DNA of 64,000 nucleotides from Polyangiaceae bacterium (lineage in GTDB: Bacteria > Myxococcota_A > Polyangia > Polyangiales > Polyangiaceae): contig CBDCTZ010000013.1 in assembly GCA_965222375.1 (NCBI GenBank), forward strand, positions 288,001 through 352,000. The letters are read 5' to 3'. Below are positions 1 to 9,878 of this stretch, one piece after another. Every line of letters begins with the position of its first letter. Within the stretch, counting starts at the first letter, position 1. The position numbers were made by a program, and so were the translations under genes. The notes under the pieces were generated by a model. The model saw only the letters and a program-made list of their open reading frames with translations, searched no databases and was not told the DNA's origin.

Positions 1-24
1 CGCACTCGCCCCTGGGAAAGGCCC

Positions 25-1317
25 TCATGCGCCGGCCGCCTCCACGCTTTGTCGGACGATGCAGAGCAACTCGTCCAGGTCCGCGTCCGGGATGTTGAGG
101 GATGGGGCGACGTAGACCACATTACCGAGGGGGCGCAGGTAGGCGCCGCGCTCCAGTGCAGCTTCGTAGACGCGCCAACCCGACTTGTCCAGGTAGCCAT
201 CGCCGCCGGCCAAATCCAGGGCGCCGATCATCCCCAAGCTCCGCACACGGCTGACCCCGGGCAGTTCTTTCATGTCTTCGAAGGCTTTGCGGATGCGCTT
301 TGCTTTGGCGGTCGCGTGTTCGAGCACTTGCTCTTCGCGAAATATCTTGAGCACTTCCGTAGCTATCGCAGCGCCGAGCGGGTTGCCGGTGAAGGTGTGA
401 CCGTAGAAGAAGGCGCGCTCTGGATCTCCCAGGAATCCGTCGAAGATACGCTTGCTGGCAAAGGTGGCGGCCATGGGGAACATACCTCCAGAAAACCCCT
501 TGGCAGTGCACATGACGTCTGGAGTGACTCCCGCATGCTGATGCGCCCACATCGGCCCAGTGCGCCCGTAGCCCGCGAACACTTCATCGAAAACCAAGAT
601 GATACCGTGTTCATCTGCGAGCTTCCGCACGCGTCGCAGGTATTCTGGGTCGTACACGCGCATGCCCGCCGCCCCCTGCACCATGGGCTCCAGCACAATC
701 GCTGCAATCTCGCTCCAACGATCCGCAACAAGGGAATCAATGGCTGCGAAGGCACGCTCAAAGCCATCACTGGCACTCGGCACGTGCACGCAATCCAAGA
801 GCACCGAGGCAAAGGGACGGCGAAACACCTCGACCCCTGCCAGCGCACTGACCCCGAGGGTTTCGCCGTGGAACGCGCCATCCAGAGCGATGAAACGCTT
901 CCGTTCGGGCGCGCCGTTCTGCGCGAAGTACTGCAGTGCAAGCTTCATCGCGACTTCCACGGCGGTCGAACCGTCGTCACTGAAGAAGTAGTGGGGCAAC
1001 GCTGGCGGCACTACCTCTGCCAACTCTGCGGACAACTCCGCAATGGGCGGGTGTGTGATTCCCGCGAGAGCTGTGTGGCACAGAACCTCCGACTGGGTTC
1101 GGAGCCTCTCGAGCAGGCGCGGATGTCCGTGCCCGAGCACAGCTGTCCACCAGGAGGCATTGCCATCAATGAAGCAGCGCCCATCAGCATCGTGCAGCCG
1201 ACTTCCCGCAGCTCGAGTGATGACCAGGGGATGCTGCTGGTCGATGTACTGCTGCATCGCCGTGTAGGGATGCCAAATGTGGCGCTTGTCCAGCTGAATG
1301 ATATCTTGTCTTTTCAC
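25..1317 (-). CDS. bioA: Adenosylmethionine-8-amino-7-oxononanoate aminotransferase
   Basis: Motifs IWHPYT, DGNASWW, FSDDGSTAVEVAMK, FHGET, DEVFAGYGRTG, AKGFSGG (PLP Lys), YGHTFTGNP and LRPLGN are typical of BioA. Confidence 0.93.
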   Translation of the reverse strand: MKRQDIIQLDKRHIWHPYTAMQQYIDQQHPLVITRAAGSRLHDADGRCFIDGNASWWTAVLGHGHPRLLERLRTQSEVLCHTALAGITHPPIAELSAELAEVVPPALPHYFFSDDGSTAVEVAMKLALQYFAQNGAPERKRFIALDGAFHGETLGVSALAGVEVFRRPFASVLLDCVHVPSASDGFERAFAAIDSLVADRWSEIAAIVLEPMVQGAAGMRVYDPEYLRRVRKLADEHGIILVFDEVFAGYGRTGPMWAHQHAGVTPDVMCTAKGFSGGMFPMAATFASKRIFDGFLGDPERAFFYGHTFTGNPLGAAIATEVLKIFREEQVLEHATAKAKRIRKAFEDMKELPGVSRVRSLGMIGALDLAGGDGYLDKSGWRVYEAALERGAYLRPLGNVVYVAPSLNIPDADLDELLCIVRQSVEAAGA

Positions 1318-2804
1318 GCCACACTCGTTTCTTGGTCACCAGCGTCTTGGTCGCTGCACGAAAGTCGTAAGGTTACTCGCGTTCCCACCCCGGGTTCGCT
1401 GTCGATGCTCAGAGAACCACCGTGGGCTTCGGTGATGCGTCGCACGATGGGTAGTCCTAGCCCGGTGCCACTCGGGCGGGTGGTGAAGAAGGGGTCCAGT
1501 GCCCGCTCAAGTACATCCGGAGTCATGCCCTGGCCCGTATCCGTAAACTCCACCTTGGCCAGTTCTCCATCGGGGCCCGTCTCTCGATCAATGACAATGT
1601 GCACGTCCCCACCGCCAGGCATGGACTGACACGCGTTTTCAACGAGGTTGTCCATCGCTTGGCGCAGCAGGTTTGGATCGGCTTGAACATGCGTCGGCGC
1701 CCCGTCTCGGCGGCTCACGATGACGCGGTGCTCCTGGGCTAGAGAGCTCGTCTTTTCAGCAAGGTCTACCAGAGATGCAGAAACCTTTTTGACCGCCACG
1801 GGCCGAGCGAACCGTAGCAGGTCGTCGGTCAGGCGATTCAGGCGAGCAGTTTCTTCATCCACGATCTCCAGTAGAGTCAATCGGTCTTGGGGTCCGACGC
1901 TCTCGCGGCGCAACCCTGCAACCGCATTCATGATAATGGCGAGGGGGTTGCGCACTTCATGGGCAATGGCGGCCGCTAGCTCACCAACGATCGCCAGCTC
2001 TTTGGACTTTTCCAATTCGACCTGGACGACTTCGAGTTCCGCGTAGCTATCCCACAGCTCGCCAGTGGTTCGCTCGAGATCCGTCGCCGTCTGCTCGAGC
2101 GCACCCGCCGTCCGCCCGTAGCGATACAGCAAGGTCGATGCGAATCCGAAAGCGTAGACCATGAAGGCGTGGGGCAGCAGGTACATGGTGTTGGTCGTCA
2201 AATCCGCCGCCAGCGCCACGTCGTTGATTGCGGCGAGAGTGACGACGCTCACGCCAAGCAGCGGAGTCAACGCCTCACGCCGCCCAGCACGTTGGGCGCT
2301 GTAGATGAGCACGGCCGCGGTAACGAGCGATAGCCCCACGACCGGGTAGAACAACGCGCCCAGCCAAGTTGGCGTCGCCACGTGATAGCGCAAAGTCAAG
2401 CCGAGCACGTAGCTAACCTGAGTCCGAGCAGAACCGGGCTCCCACCACAGATCGGCGGCCAACACGATCGCGAAGACGATCGCGAGGGGGTACGCGATGC
2501 GCAGTATGCGATGCGTGTATGGCGAGTGCACGAAGCGTACGACGAAATGGATGTTGAGTACGCAGGCGGCAATGCCACCAGCGTGGGCAAGACCGAGGAT
2601 CCGCAAGGCTTCCGTAGGATCGGATTCGGCGTACGTCCACGCCACTGCCGCGGACATTGCGGCAAGCGCGAGGGATAGCAGGGCAAAGCTAAGATAGTCG
2701 CGCTCACGCCGGCCAAGGGCGTAGGCCAATACAAAAAATGCGCCGTTGGCGACCTGCGCAATGGCCCAGGCAGACAGAAGCCCGACCAAAAACGGTGAGG
2801 TCAC
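1314..2804 (-). CDS. Membrane sensor histidine kinase (multi-TM N-terminus, HisKA + HATPase_c)
   Basis: About 7 hydrophobic segments; H-box AHEVRNPL, N-box NLVENACQ, G1 DTGQG, F-box DPFFTT, G2 GTGLGL. Confidence 0.92.
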   Translation of the reverse strand: MTSPFLVGLLSAWAIAQVANGAFFVLAYALGRRERDYLSFALLSLALAAMSAAVAWTYAESDPTEALRILGLAHAGGIAACVLNIHFVVRFVHSPYTHRILRIAYPLAIVFAIVLAADLWWEPGSARTQVSYVLGLTLRYHVATPTWLGALFYPVVGLSLVTAAVLIYSAQRAGRREALTPLLGVSVVTLAAINDVALAADLTTNTMYLLPHAFMVYAFGFASTLLYRYGRTAGALEQTATDLERTTGELWDSYAELEVVQVELEKSKELAIVGELAAAIAHEVRNPLAIIMNAVAGLRRESVGPQDRLTLLEIVDEETARLNRLTDDLLRFARPVAVKKVSASLVDLAEKTSSLAQEHRVIVSRRDGAPTHVQADPNLLRQAMDNLVENACQSMPGGGDVHIVIDRETGPDGELAKVEFTDTGQGMTPDVLERALDPFFTTRPSGTGLGLPIVRRITEAHGGSLSIDSEPGVGTRVTLRLSCSDQDAGDQETSVA

Positions 2805-3643
2805 TCCGTCTTCCCCACCGGGGCGTCGCGATTGACGACGATAGTCCGCTGGGTTTTCGCCAGGCTAACCCCGGCGGGGCTGACAATCTCGACATCGATG
2901 CGATAGTCACCACTCGCCAGATCCGGGATTCTGACGGGAGACACAGCACCCAACGACAACACACCACTTCGGCCGCCGCCTTGAACCCGGATCCGGAAAC
3001 CATCTGCGGCGAGCCCACTCTCGGGCATGTGAAACGCCGCTGCGTGCAGAACGACCTGTGCGTCCTTGCCGTTGTAGGTGCCACCGGGTTGAAACATGAC
3101 CAGATGCGGCCCCGGCGCACTGCGCTCCTCCCGTTTTTCCACCCAGAAGCGCAGGGCTGCAGCGGGCTGGCGCGACCTGGCCGCAGCGGGCGCGTAGGGC
3201 ACTTGATCCTCGGGCACTAGGGTTGCGGATAGCCAGTGAGGCCCAGGGCTCAGTTCCTGATCGGCTGGTACCAGCTCGGCCAGGCCGATGCTGTCGTCCT
3301 GTTCTCGAACTAGCCGGGGACGGTGCTGGTCCAAAGCGACCCATAGCTGGCCGGCGCCCGCCTTCTTGAGGCGAACCCGGTAACCCGCCGTCTTCTTCAT
3401 GCGTATCCGCTGCTCCGCGATAGGAAAACGGATCTCGACGAAGCCGCCGGTATTGTCCCGGGGTGTGAGCGGCTCTAGTCGGATCGGTTTCGGCGGGCGA
3501 GCCGCGGGGTCCTCCGCTTGGCTGACCGGCGTGGTGGCGGCGGCGGGCGGCGACGGCTGGACCTGAGCGGGCGCCTCAGGCTTCGGGCCGGGATGTTGGC
3601 ACGCGACGTTAGCCGCGACAAGTGCAAGAGGGAGCAGCCGCAC
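2801..3643 (-). CDS. Hypothetical lipoprotein with Pro-rich linker
   Basis: C-terminal part of track ORF 2801..5080. GTG at 3643 gives MRLLPLALVAANVAC (signal peptide + Cys). The stop overlaps the kinase start. Confidence 0.65.
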   Translation of the reverse strand: MRLLPLALVAANVACQHPGPKPEAPAQVQPSPPAAATTPVSQAEDPAARPPKPIRLEPLTPRDNTGGFVEIRFPIAEQRIRMKKTAGYRVRLKKAGAGQLWVALDQHRPRLVREQDDSIGLAELVPADQELSPGPHWLSATLVPEDQVPYAPAAARSRQPAAALRFWVEKREERSAPGPHLVMFQPGGTYNGKDAQVVLHAAAFHMPESGLAADGFRIRVQGGGRSGVLSLGAVSPVRIPDLASGDYRIDVEIVSPAGVSLAKTQRTIVVNRDAPVGKTE

Positions 3644-3784
3644 ACCGCCGACGCTAGTCGATTGCGCCACCCAAAACCAGTCGCGCTGCGCCCCTGTGCC
3701 GCGTTCCGCCAAGTACTGAAACGAGCAATGAAAATCGCGTCCAGACGCTGGAGGCCCGGCGGGCGATCTGTTAGCGACAAGTGG

Positions 3785-5686
3785 ATGTCCTATGTAGTGC
3801 TCGCCCGCAAGTGGCGCCCCATGTCCTTCGAAGACTTGGTTGGCCAAGACCACGTAGCGAAAACGTTGGAGAACGCTATCAAGAGCGACCGCGTCGCACA
3901 CGCATTCCTTTTCACCGGCGTTCGCGGAGTGGGCAAGACTACGAGCGCCCGCATCCTCGCCAAGGCTCTCAACTGCGTGCGAGAGGATGGTGACCAAGGT
4001 GGACCAGACCCCGGGCCCACCGCCCAGCCTTGCCTGAAGTGTCGGCCTTGCATCGAGATCACGAATGGGACCGACGTGGACGTGCGAGAAATCGACGGCG
4101 CCAGCTACAATGGCGTTGACGAGGTGCGCAAGCTCCAGGAGCAGTTGCCCTACCGTCCCGCGCGAGATCGCTACAAGATCTACATCGTCGATGAAGTCCA
4201 CATGCTCAGCCAGAGCGCTTGGAATGCGTTTCTGAAGACCTTGGAGGAACCCCCGGACCACGTGAAGTTCATCTTCGCGACTACCGAGGTACACAAGGTC
4301 CCGATCACGATTCTCAGCCGCGTGCAGCGCTTCGACTTCAAGTTGATCCCCACGCAATTGATCGCCACTCGTCTCAAACACGTCTTGGAGAGCGAGAAGA
4401 TCAGCGCGGACGACACCGCCATTCAAATCTTGGCGCGGGAAGCGGCGGGCAGCATGCGGGACGCGATGAGCCTGATGGACCAGGTGATCGCTTGGGGCGG
4501 CGAGCAGCTCACGGGCCAAGACGTCGCACGAGTGCTGGGCGTTGCGAGTCACCAAGTGCTCCACGACATTGCGGGCGCATTGGTCAAAGGCGAGGCTGAA
4601 AGCTGTTTGTCGGTGGTAGCGGATCTCTCCGGTCAGGGCTTCGACATGGCCCATGTCGCCCGGGACCTGTTGGCGCTGCTGCGCGACTTGGTCGTCGCAA
4701 AGGTGTGCTCCACTCCCAAGGACTTGCTCGCTCTTTCCGACGATGAAGTTACCGACGTGCTCGCCCTTGCATCCAACACGGACGCAGACGACCTGCTGCG
4801 GCTGCACCAAGGGTTCTCCGCTGGCTTCGACGACGTCGTTCGAAGTGGCCAGCCGCGCGCCGCCCTCGAGATGTTGTTGGTTCGGCTTTCTCGCCGACCC
4901 GCGCTGGTGCCCATAGACGACCTGGTATCGCGACTGGCCGGGCTCGAACGTCGCCTCAGCGGAGCCTCCCGAGGCGCGCCGGTTCGAGGTGGCGGCGCGC
5001 CACCACCTCAGTCCAAGGAGCGTGCACGCCCCCGGGCCCGCGAGCCGCGCTCGGAGTCGACGCCCCGGGGCGAGCGACAAGAGGACCCTCCAAAAGCCCC
5101 TGCCTCGCCGCCCCCATCCGCCTCAGGACCGACTGCTGAACTAGCTCGCCCTCCGCAGCCAGAAGCTCCCGCCCCGACTGCGCCCGCGCCTCGACGCGCC
5201 CCGGCTCCGCCTGCCGCAACCCTGCAATCCACTCCACCCGAGCCCGTGGGTCCCACGGAAGGGCCCCAAGCCGATGACGTGCCCTCGCCGATCGCCAAAT
5301 GGGTGCACATCCTCGATGACCTCGCGGAAACGAATCCGGAGGTCACGGCGGTTCTCGAGCACGCAGCCCTGCTCGAGCTGTCCGATACCAACATTCGCCT
5401 CGGCTACGAACCTGGAAGCGTTTTTTCGAAGCAGGCTTCCGCGAAAGAGACCCAGGAGCTGCTTGGCAAGTCCTTGCGTCGGACTCTGGGCAAGGAGCTG
5501 CACATCGCCATCGAGCTGGAATGCCAAGCTGCGGCGGACTCCGACACGGTTCATGCCCAGCAAGAACGTCGGCGCCAAGCGGCAACCCAGGAGGCGATGA
5601 ACGCAGCGCGCAAGCACCCAGCAGTGGTCTCCGCCATCGAAATCCTCGGTGCGCGGATCAAAGATCTGAAGCTCACGGGCGCCTGA
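3785..5686 (+). CDS. dnaX: DNA polymerase III subunit gamma/tau
   Basis: MSYVVLARKWRP start at ATG 3785, Walker A GVRGVGKT, Cys zinc module, DEVHML, SRVQRF, Pro-rich linker and C-terminal domain. Confidence 0.97.
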   Translation: MSYVVLARKWRPMSFEDLVGQDHVAKTLENAIKSDRVAHAFLFTGVRGVGKTTSARILAKALNCVREDGDQGGPDPGPTAQPCLKCRPCIEITNGTDVDVREIDGASYNGVDEVRKLQEQLPYRPARDRYKIYIVDEVHMLSQSAWNAFLKTLEEPPDHVKFIFATTEVHKVPITILSRVQRFDFKLIPTQLIATRLKHVLESEKISADDTAIQILAREAAGSMRDAMSLMDQVIAWGGEQLTGQDVARVLGVASHQVLHDIAGALVKGEAESCLSVVADLSGQGFDMAHVARDLLALLRDLVVAKVCSTPKDLLALSDDEVTDVLALASNTDADDLLRLHQGFSAGFDDVVRSGQPRAALEMLLVRLSRRPALVPIDDLVSRLAGLERRLSGASRGAPVRGGGAPPPQSKERARPRAREPRSESTPRGERQEDPPKAPASPPPSASGPTAELARPPQPEAPAPTAPAPRRAPAPPAATLQSTPPEPVGPTEGPQADDVPSPIAKWVHILDDLAETNPEVTAVLEHAALLELSDTNIRLGYEPGSVFSKQASAKETQELLGKSLRRTLGKELHIAIELECQAAADSDTVHAQQERRRQAATQEAMNAARKHPAVVSAIEILGARIKDLKLTGA

Positions 5687-5727
5687 GGCTTGCGCAAGCG
5701 CTCCCTGCGGGGGACAGTCCTTTCGCC

Positions 5728-6345
5728 GTGATTCCCGAACCTATAAGTCGCATTGTCTCCCTGCTCAGCCACCTCCCGGGCGTAGGGGAGAAATCCGCGC
5801 AGCGCTTTGCCCTACACCTCGCGTTTGCCGGCCCCGAGCTATCCCAGGAACTGAGCCGCGCCCTGGCTGAGCTTCACGAGTTGGTGCAGCCCTGTGGCCA
5901 ATGCAACAATTTGGCGGAGCGAACTGAAGATGGCCAGGTGCTGTGCGCGATCTGTCGAGACACACGAAGAGACGACGCATTGCTTTGCATCGTAGCGAAG
6001 GTCCAAGACCTGTTCGCGATTGAGCGCAGCGGCGCGATGCGCGGCCGCTACTACGTGTTGGGCAAGCTACTTTCGCCGTTGGATGGCGTCGGCCCCGACG
6101 AGCTGCCCCTCAGCACCTTGGGCGATCGCGTCAAAAACGGGGGCGTGCAGGAAGTCATCATCGCCACGCCCCCTTCCGTCGACGGCGAAGCCACGGCCCT
6201 GTATCTGGCGCGGGAACTGTCGGCGTTGGGCGCGCGAGTCAGCCGTATCGCCAGTGGGGTTCCCCACGGCGGAGATCTGGAATTTGCCGACCAAGTGACC
6301 CTGGGCCGAGCGATAGACGGGCGCCGATCCGTCGACGTCTCCTGA
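5728..6345 (+). CDS. recR: Recombination mediator RecR
   Basis: HhH LPGVGEKSAQR, C4 zinc finger (CGQC...CAIC), Toprim DGEATALY, RIASGVPHGGDLEFAD. Likely GTG start at 5728. Confidence 0.96.
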   Translation: MIPEPISRIVSLLSHLPGVGEKSAQRFALHLAFAGPELSQELSRALAELHELVQPCGQCNNLAERTEDGQVLCAICRDTRRDDALLCIVAKVQDLFAIERSGAMRGRYYVLGKLLSPLDGVGPDELPLSTLGDRVKNGGVQEVIIATPPSVDGEATALYLARELSALGARVSRIASGVPHGGDLEFADQVTLGRAIDGRRSVDVS

Positions 6346-6398
6346 TCCGCACCCACGGGATTGATCCTGGGCCGCGGTGAGGTCATAACTCGCGCCCC

Positions 6399-6785
6399 AT
6401 GACCCGACGCGCGATCAAGACCAAAGAGGCTCCGGCAGCCATTGGCCCATACAACCAAGCGGTTCAATCCGGGGGCTTCGTCTTCTTGAGCGGGCAGATC
6501 CCTCTCGACCCACAAACCGGGCAGCTCGTGAGCTCGACGATCGAAGAGGAAACCCACCGCGTGATGAAAAATCTCGGCGCCGTTCTGCGCGCTGCGGGGG
6601 TCGACTTCGAACAAGTGGTCAAAACGACGATCTACCTGACGGATATGAACGACTTCGCCAAGGTCAATGGCGCCTACGCAACCTACTTCGACGCACAACC
6701 GCCCGCCCGAGCAACGGTTCAAGTGTCTGCGCTGCCGAAGGGCGTCCGCGTCGAGATTGATGCGATCGCCGAAGCTGCGGAGTGA
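6399..6785 (+). CDS. ridA: RidA/YjgF/UK114 family reactive-intermediate deaminase
   Basis: APAAIGPYNQA, SGQIPLDP, PPARATVQVSALPKGVRVEIDAIA. Confidence 0.93.
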   Translation: MTRRAIKTKEAPAAIGPYNQAVQSGGFVFLSGQIPLDPQTGQLVSSTIEEETHRVMKNLGAVLRAAGVDFEQVVKTTIYLTDMNDFAKVNGAYATYFDAQPPARATVQVSALPKGVRVEIDAIAEAAE

Positions 6786-6807
6786 GTGAGCTGAGAGGAG
6801 AATCAGG

Positions 6808-7980
6808 ATGAGCTCGACACAAGACTTTCCCAAGAACGAACTATCCGTCAGCGCCGATGGCGCGCTGGCCGCATTGGGACGGTTTCCGGAGCAAGGCGTT
6901 CAGCTCGTGGAGGCCTGGGTGAAGAACAACAACGCCGCTGCCGTGGCGGAAGCGGCGGATCGAGCCGCAGGCCCGGTACGCAAGGCCGCCCGACGCGGAC
7001 TGAACGTACTTCGCTCCCGTGGCGTAGCCGTGCCCGACAAGGGTCGAGTCGCGAAGCTAGCCAGCTCGAGCGAGCCGGAGACGACCGAAGCCTGGATGCT
7101 CGCACCGGACACCGCCGGCAACGTGCTGCTCGTAATTGCCTCCCGCTCGAGGACCAGCCGCTACAAGGCTGCCTTCTTCTTCGTCCATGACGTTCAGGGC
7201 GTGCAACGAGTCGAAGTTTCCGAGCTCAGTCACTCGGGGCTGAAGAAGTCCATCGCCCGCGTCTTGCCCAACGCTCACTACAAGCCGGTCTCCGTGCCCG
7301 TCGAGTGGGCGCGCCATCGCATAGCATGCGCCAAAGCCGCTCACAGCGAAACGACCAAGCCCCTGCCGCTGGGCCTGGATAGCGCCAGCGCCTTGTTGGA
7401 GCCCATGCCCGAGAAGGCTCCGGAGCACCCCTTCGACTCCGAGGGCCTGGAACTCTCCGAGGACGACGCCCAGGAACTTGGTATGGATTCGGCGAAGCTA
7501 CATGCGTTGCCGGAGTTTTCGGGTTGGTTTCCACCGGGGGAAGCCGTGGACGAGCTGCTCAAGCAGCTGGGCGAGAACATGCAGGTCGCGCCCGGTGAGG
7601 AGCCAGACGCCGAGAAAATACAGACGGCGTTGGAAGCGGAGATCAAGGCCGCGACAGATCGCTACTACTCTCCCCAGGTTCGAGAGCAACTCACGCACGC
7701 CATGAAGGACAGCGTGCTCAGCGTCCTTGTGAGGGATGGCGAGCAAACCGCCCTCGAAGTGGTAGCGGCAATGGGATGTATCGAGCGCCGAGGGCTGATC
7801 ACGGATCCCCCCCACGAAGTTGGGTTCCTTAAGGGTTTCTTCGACAAGGCTGTGAGCTACCTGTTGGCTCGCGGCGGCGGCAGCTTGCGCATTCCTATGC
7901 CTGCCCGACCGCCCCAAGAAACCGCCGAACCCGCCGCGTTGGATACCCAAGCAGACGTCACTGAAAGCGCCGGGGACTGA
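6808..7980 (+). CDS. Hypothetical protein
   Basis: 390-aa ORF with GAGGAG ribosome-binding site and protein-like composition, in line with the dnaX operon. Confidence 0.75.
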   Translation: MSSTQDFPKNELSVSADGALAALGRFPEQGVQLVEAWVKNNNAAAVAEAADRAAGPVRKAARRGLNVLRSRGVAVPDKGRVAKLASSSEPETTEAWMLAPDTAGNVLLVIASRSRTSRYKAAFFFVHDVQGVQRVEVSELSHSGLKKSIARVLPNAHYKPVSVPVEWARHRIACAKAAHSETTKPLPLGLDSASALLEPMPEKAPEHPFDSEGLELSEDDAQELGMDSAKLHALPEFSGWFPPGEAVDELLKQLGENMQVAPGEEPDAEKIQTALEAEIKAATDRYYSPQVREQLTHAMKDSVLSVLVRDGEQTALEVVAAMGCIERRGLITDPPHEVGFLKGFFDKAVSYLLARGGGSLRIPMPARPPQETAEPAALDTQADVTESAGD

Positions 7981-7995
7981 CGCACCGCCGCGAGC

Positions 7996-8949
7996 TCATT
8001 GGTAGCTGACCTTGACGTGGCTTTCGCCAAGACCCTGGTCGCCAGCGGTCAGGGTGTAGCTCGCGCCACCACTGCCACAGCTCAGGGTCCAAGGCGAAGA
8101 AGCCGCAACGTTACAGCTGCTCGGTGGCGTGCCGAACTCGACCTCGCCTTGAGTAGGCGAACTGGCCACCACCGAGTACGCCCCAGTCACGGGGAACGTC
8201 ACCTCGATGCTGCCGTCCCTGGAGACGACTTTGCCCCCGGTGGCGTTGGGCCCAATAGCCGATAGTTCCAAAACGATCGCAGTGCCCGTTTCTAGACCCA
8301 TAGTCGTAATACTCACGTCATCCGCCACACCCCGCACTTGGGCGGCGCCACCGCAGACCACGTCGGTCGTGGTCACGCTCGCGCCACCGCTCAGATCGCA
8401 AGATCCGGTCCCCTCGTTCAACAAGGAGACCTTTGGGGAAGCCCCGACGAACTGCACGTCCAAGTTGCCAGGATTGATGCTACTGGCCCCAGCGTTTTCA
8501 ACGGAAAGGTGGCCGTCGAAGGAGGGCGGCAAAGCGACAACAATGCGCGCACCGAGCCCGTCGTTACCGCCGTCCCGCGCGGTAACGATACTGACCCCAG
8601 CGTCCATCTCTACGCTCAAGACCAGGTTTTCGCTCATCTCCTGACGAGCGGCATCCCCCGAGTCGTGGGCTCGGTAGGAAAAAGGCTCGAAGGTAACGAC
8701 GACCTCGTTGCCGGTTCCCTCCAATACGACGATGTCGCCGTGGACGCCCTGGACCTCCACGGACTCTCCGGCCGACCACGGCACTGACTTGACTTGCGGT
8801 TCGCCCTTGAAACGCTTCAGGGACTTCGCAACGCAGGTGCCGCCCTGGCTGTTCTCATTTTCGGTGCATTGGAGTTCGCAGCCGAAAAGCGCGACGTTCG
8901 AAAAAAGCGTGAGTGCCGTGAGGCAAGCGAGGGATGACGCAGACGACAT
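7996..8949 (-). CDS. Hypothetical lipoprotein, beta-rich (DUF4097/adhesin-like)
   Basis: Signal with ALFGC lipobox; Gly/Ser/Val-rich beta-strand repeats. Confidence 0.65.
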   Translation of the reverse strand: MSSASSLACLTALTLFSNVALFGCELQCTENENSQGGTCVAKSLKRFKGEPQVKSVPWSAGESVEVQGVHGDIVVLEGTGNEVVVTFEPFSYRAHDSGDAARQEMSENLVLSVEMDAGVSIVTARDGGNDGLGARIVVALPPSFDGHLSVENAGASSINPGNLDVQFVGASPKVSLLNEGTGSCDLSGGASVTTTDVVCGGAAQVRGVADDVSITTMGLETGTAIVLELSAIGPNATGGKVVSRDGSIEVTFPVTGAYSVVASSPTQGEVEFGTPPSSCNVAASSPWTLSCGSGGASYTLTAGDQGLGESHVKVSYQ

Positions 8950-8984
8950 CGGCTTGCCGAGTGTAGGAGACCCACCCGGCGGCT

Positions 8985-9878
8985 TCAGCCCGCGGGGCCG
9001 GAGCCTGGTCCCAAGCCCATGATATTGTTCACTTTGTTTCTAAACTGAGCCAACAGGGATCGGGTCAGTTCGCCGGGCGTGCCGCCGCCCACACTGCGTC
9101 CGTCGATGGAAACCACAGGCAGGATTTCGCGAATGCTCGAGCACACGAAGACCTCTTGTGCGCGCGCCATGTCGTCCAGGCTCAATGCTCGCAGACGGAC
9201 CGGTGCAGACTGCTCTTTGCAGACTTCCAGAATGGTGCGCCGAGTGATGCCCGGCAGAATGCCCGCGTCTTCCGGCGGGGTGACCCACTCGCCATCGATC
9301 AGAGCAAAGACGTTGGAGCTTGCCCCTTCGGTGATGGTTCCGGCAGCGTCCACGATGAGCGCCTCAGCCGCGCCGTGGGCGCGTGCTTGGCGCATCGCGA
9401 GCACAGCAACCAGGTAGTTGCCGACCTTCGCCCCGGCTGCTTCCGTGCCTTCTGCGTTGCGCTGGGTTCGATAGGTAACCACCTTGATGCCATCTACGTA
9501 GAAACTAGGCGGGGGCGGCGACAGCGGCGCAACAATCACCACGCGGGTTGGTTTCGCCTCGAAGCCCGAGTCCAACCCTAGAGGGCCGCTGCCCCTCGTC
9601 ACCACGATGCGAACGTAGCTCTCGGGGTTACCTGCACTCGCGATGGACTCCGCAACCTCCTGCGCCAAGGTATCCAGGGACGCCGGCAGTTCGATGAACA
9701 CCCGATCTGCGCTGCGCTCCAAGCGTTGTAGGTGCTCTTCCAAGCGGAATGGGCGCCCACCGTAAGTACGCACGGTTTCAAAGACCGAGTCACCAAACAA
9801 GAACCCGCGGTCGAACACACTGACCCGAGCTTCCTCGGGCGAACGCAGCTCGCCGTCCAGCATCACCAGGGTCGTCAT
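8985..9878 (-). CDS. PLP-dependent aminotransferase class IV (IlvE/PabC/D-amino-acid transaminase family)
   Basis: DRGFLFGDSVFET, AKVGNY (PLP Lys), EGASSNVF, ILPGITR. Confidence 0.92.
   Translation of the reverse strand: MTTLVMLDGELRSPEEARVSVFDRGFLFGDSVFETVRTYGGRPFRLEEHLQRLERSADRVFIELPASLDTLAQEVAESIASAGNPESYVRIVVTRGSGPLGLDSGFEAKPTRVVIVAPLSPPPPSFYVDGIKVVTYRTQRNAEGTEAAGAKVGNYLVAVLAMRQARAHGAAEALIVDAAGTITEGASSNVFALIDGEWVTPPEDAGILPGITRRTILEVCKEQSAPVRLRALSLDDMARAQEVFVCSSIREILPVVSIDGRSVGGGTPGELTRSLLAQFRNKVNNIMGLGPGSGPAG

Noticed and set aside
49..1629. 526-aa plus-strand ORF and the many similar antisense ORFs (for example within the giant TPR gene)
   Set aside because: These are shadow ORFs opposite well-supported genes, with no recognisable motifs.
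3644..3784. Possible SRP RNA (ffs) or tRNA upstream of dnaX
   Set aside because: No SRP domain IV motif (CAGG...GGAAGGAAGCAG) and no cloverleaf or T-loop motif is visible.
3644..5080. N-terminal extension of the 759-aa minus-strand ORF 2801..5080
   Set aside because: Antisense shadow of dnaX caused by high-GC codon bias. Only the part from GTG 3643 has a signal peptide.
4900..5430. Programmed -1 frameshift of dnaX producing gamma
   Set aside because: No A_AAA_AAG or long poly-A slippery site was found; only an incidental T run near 5421.
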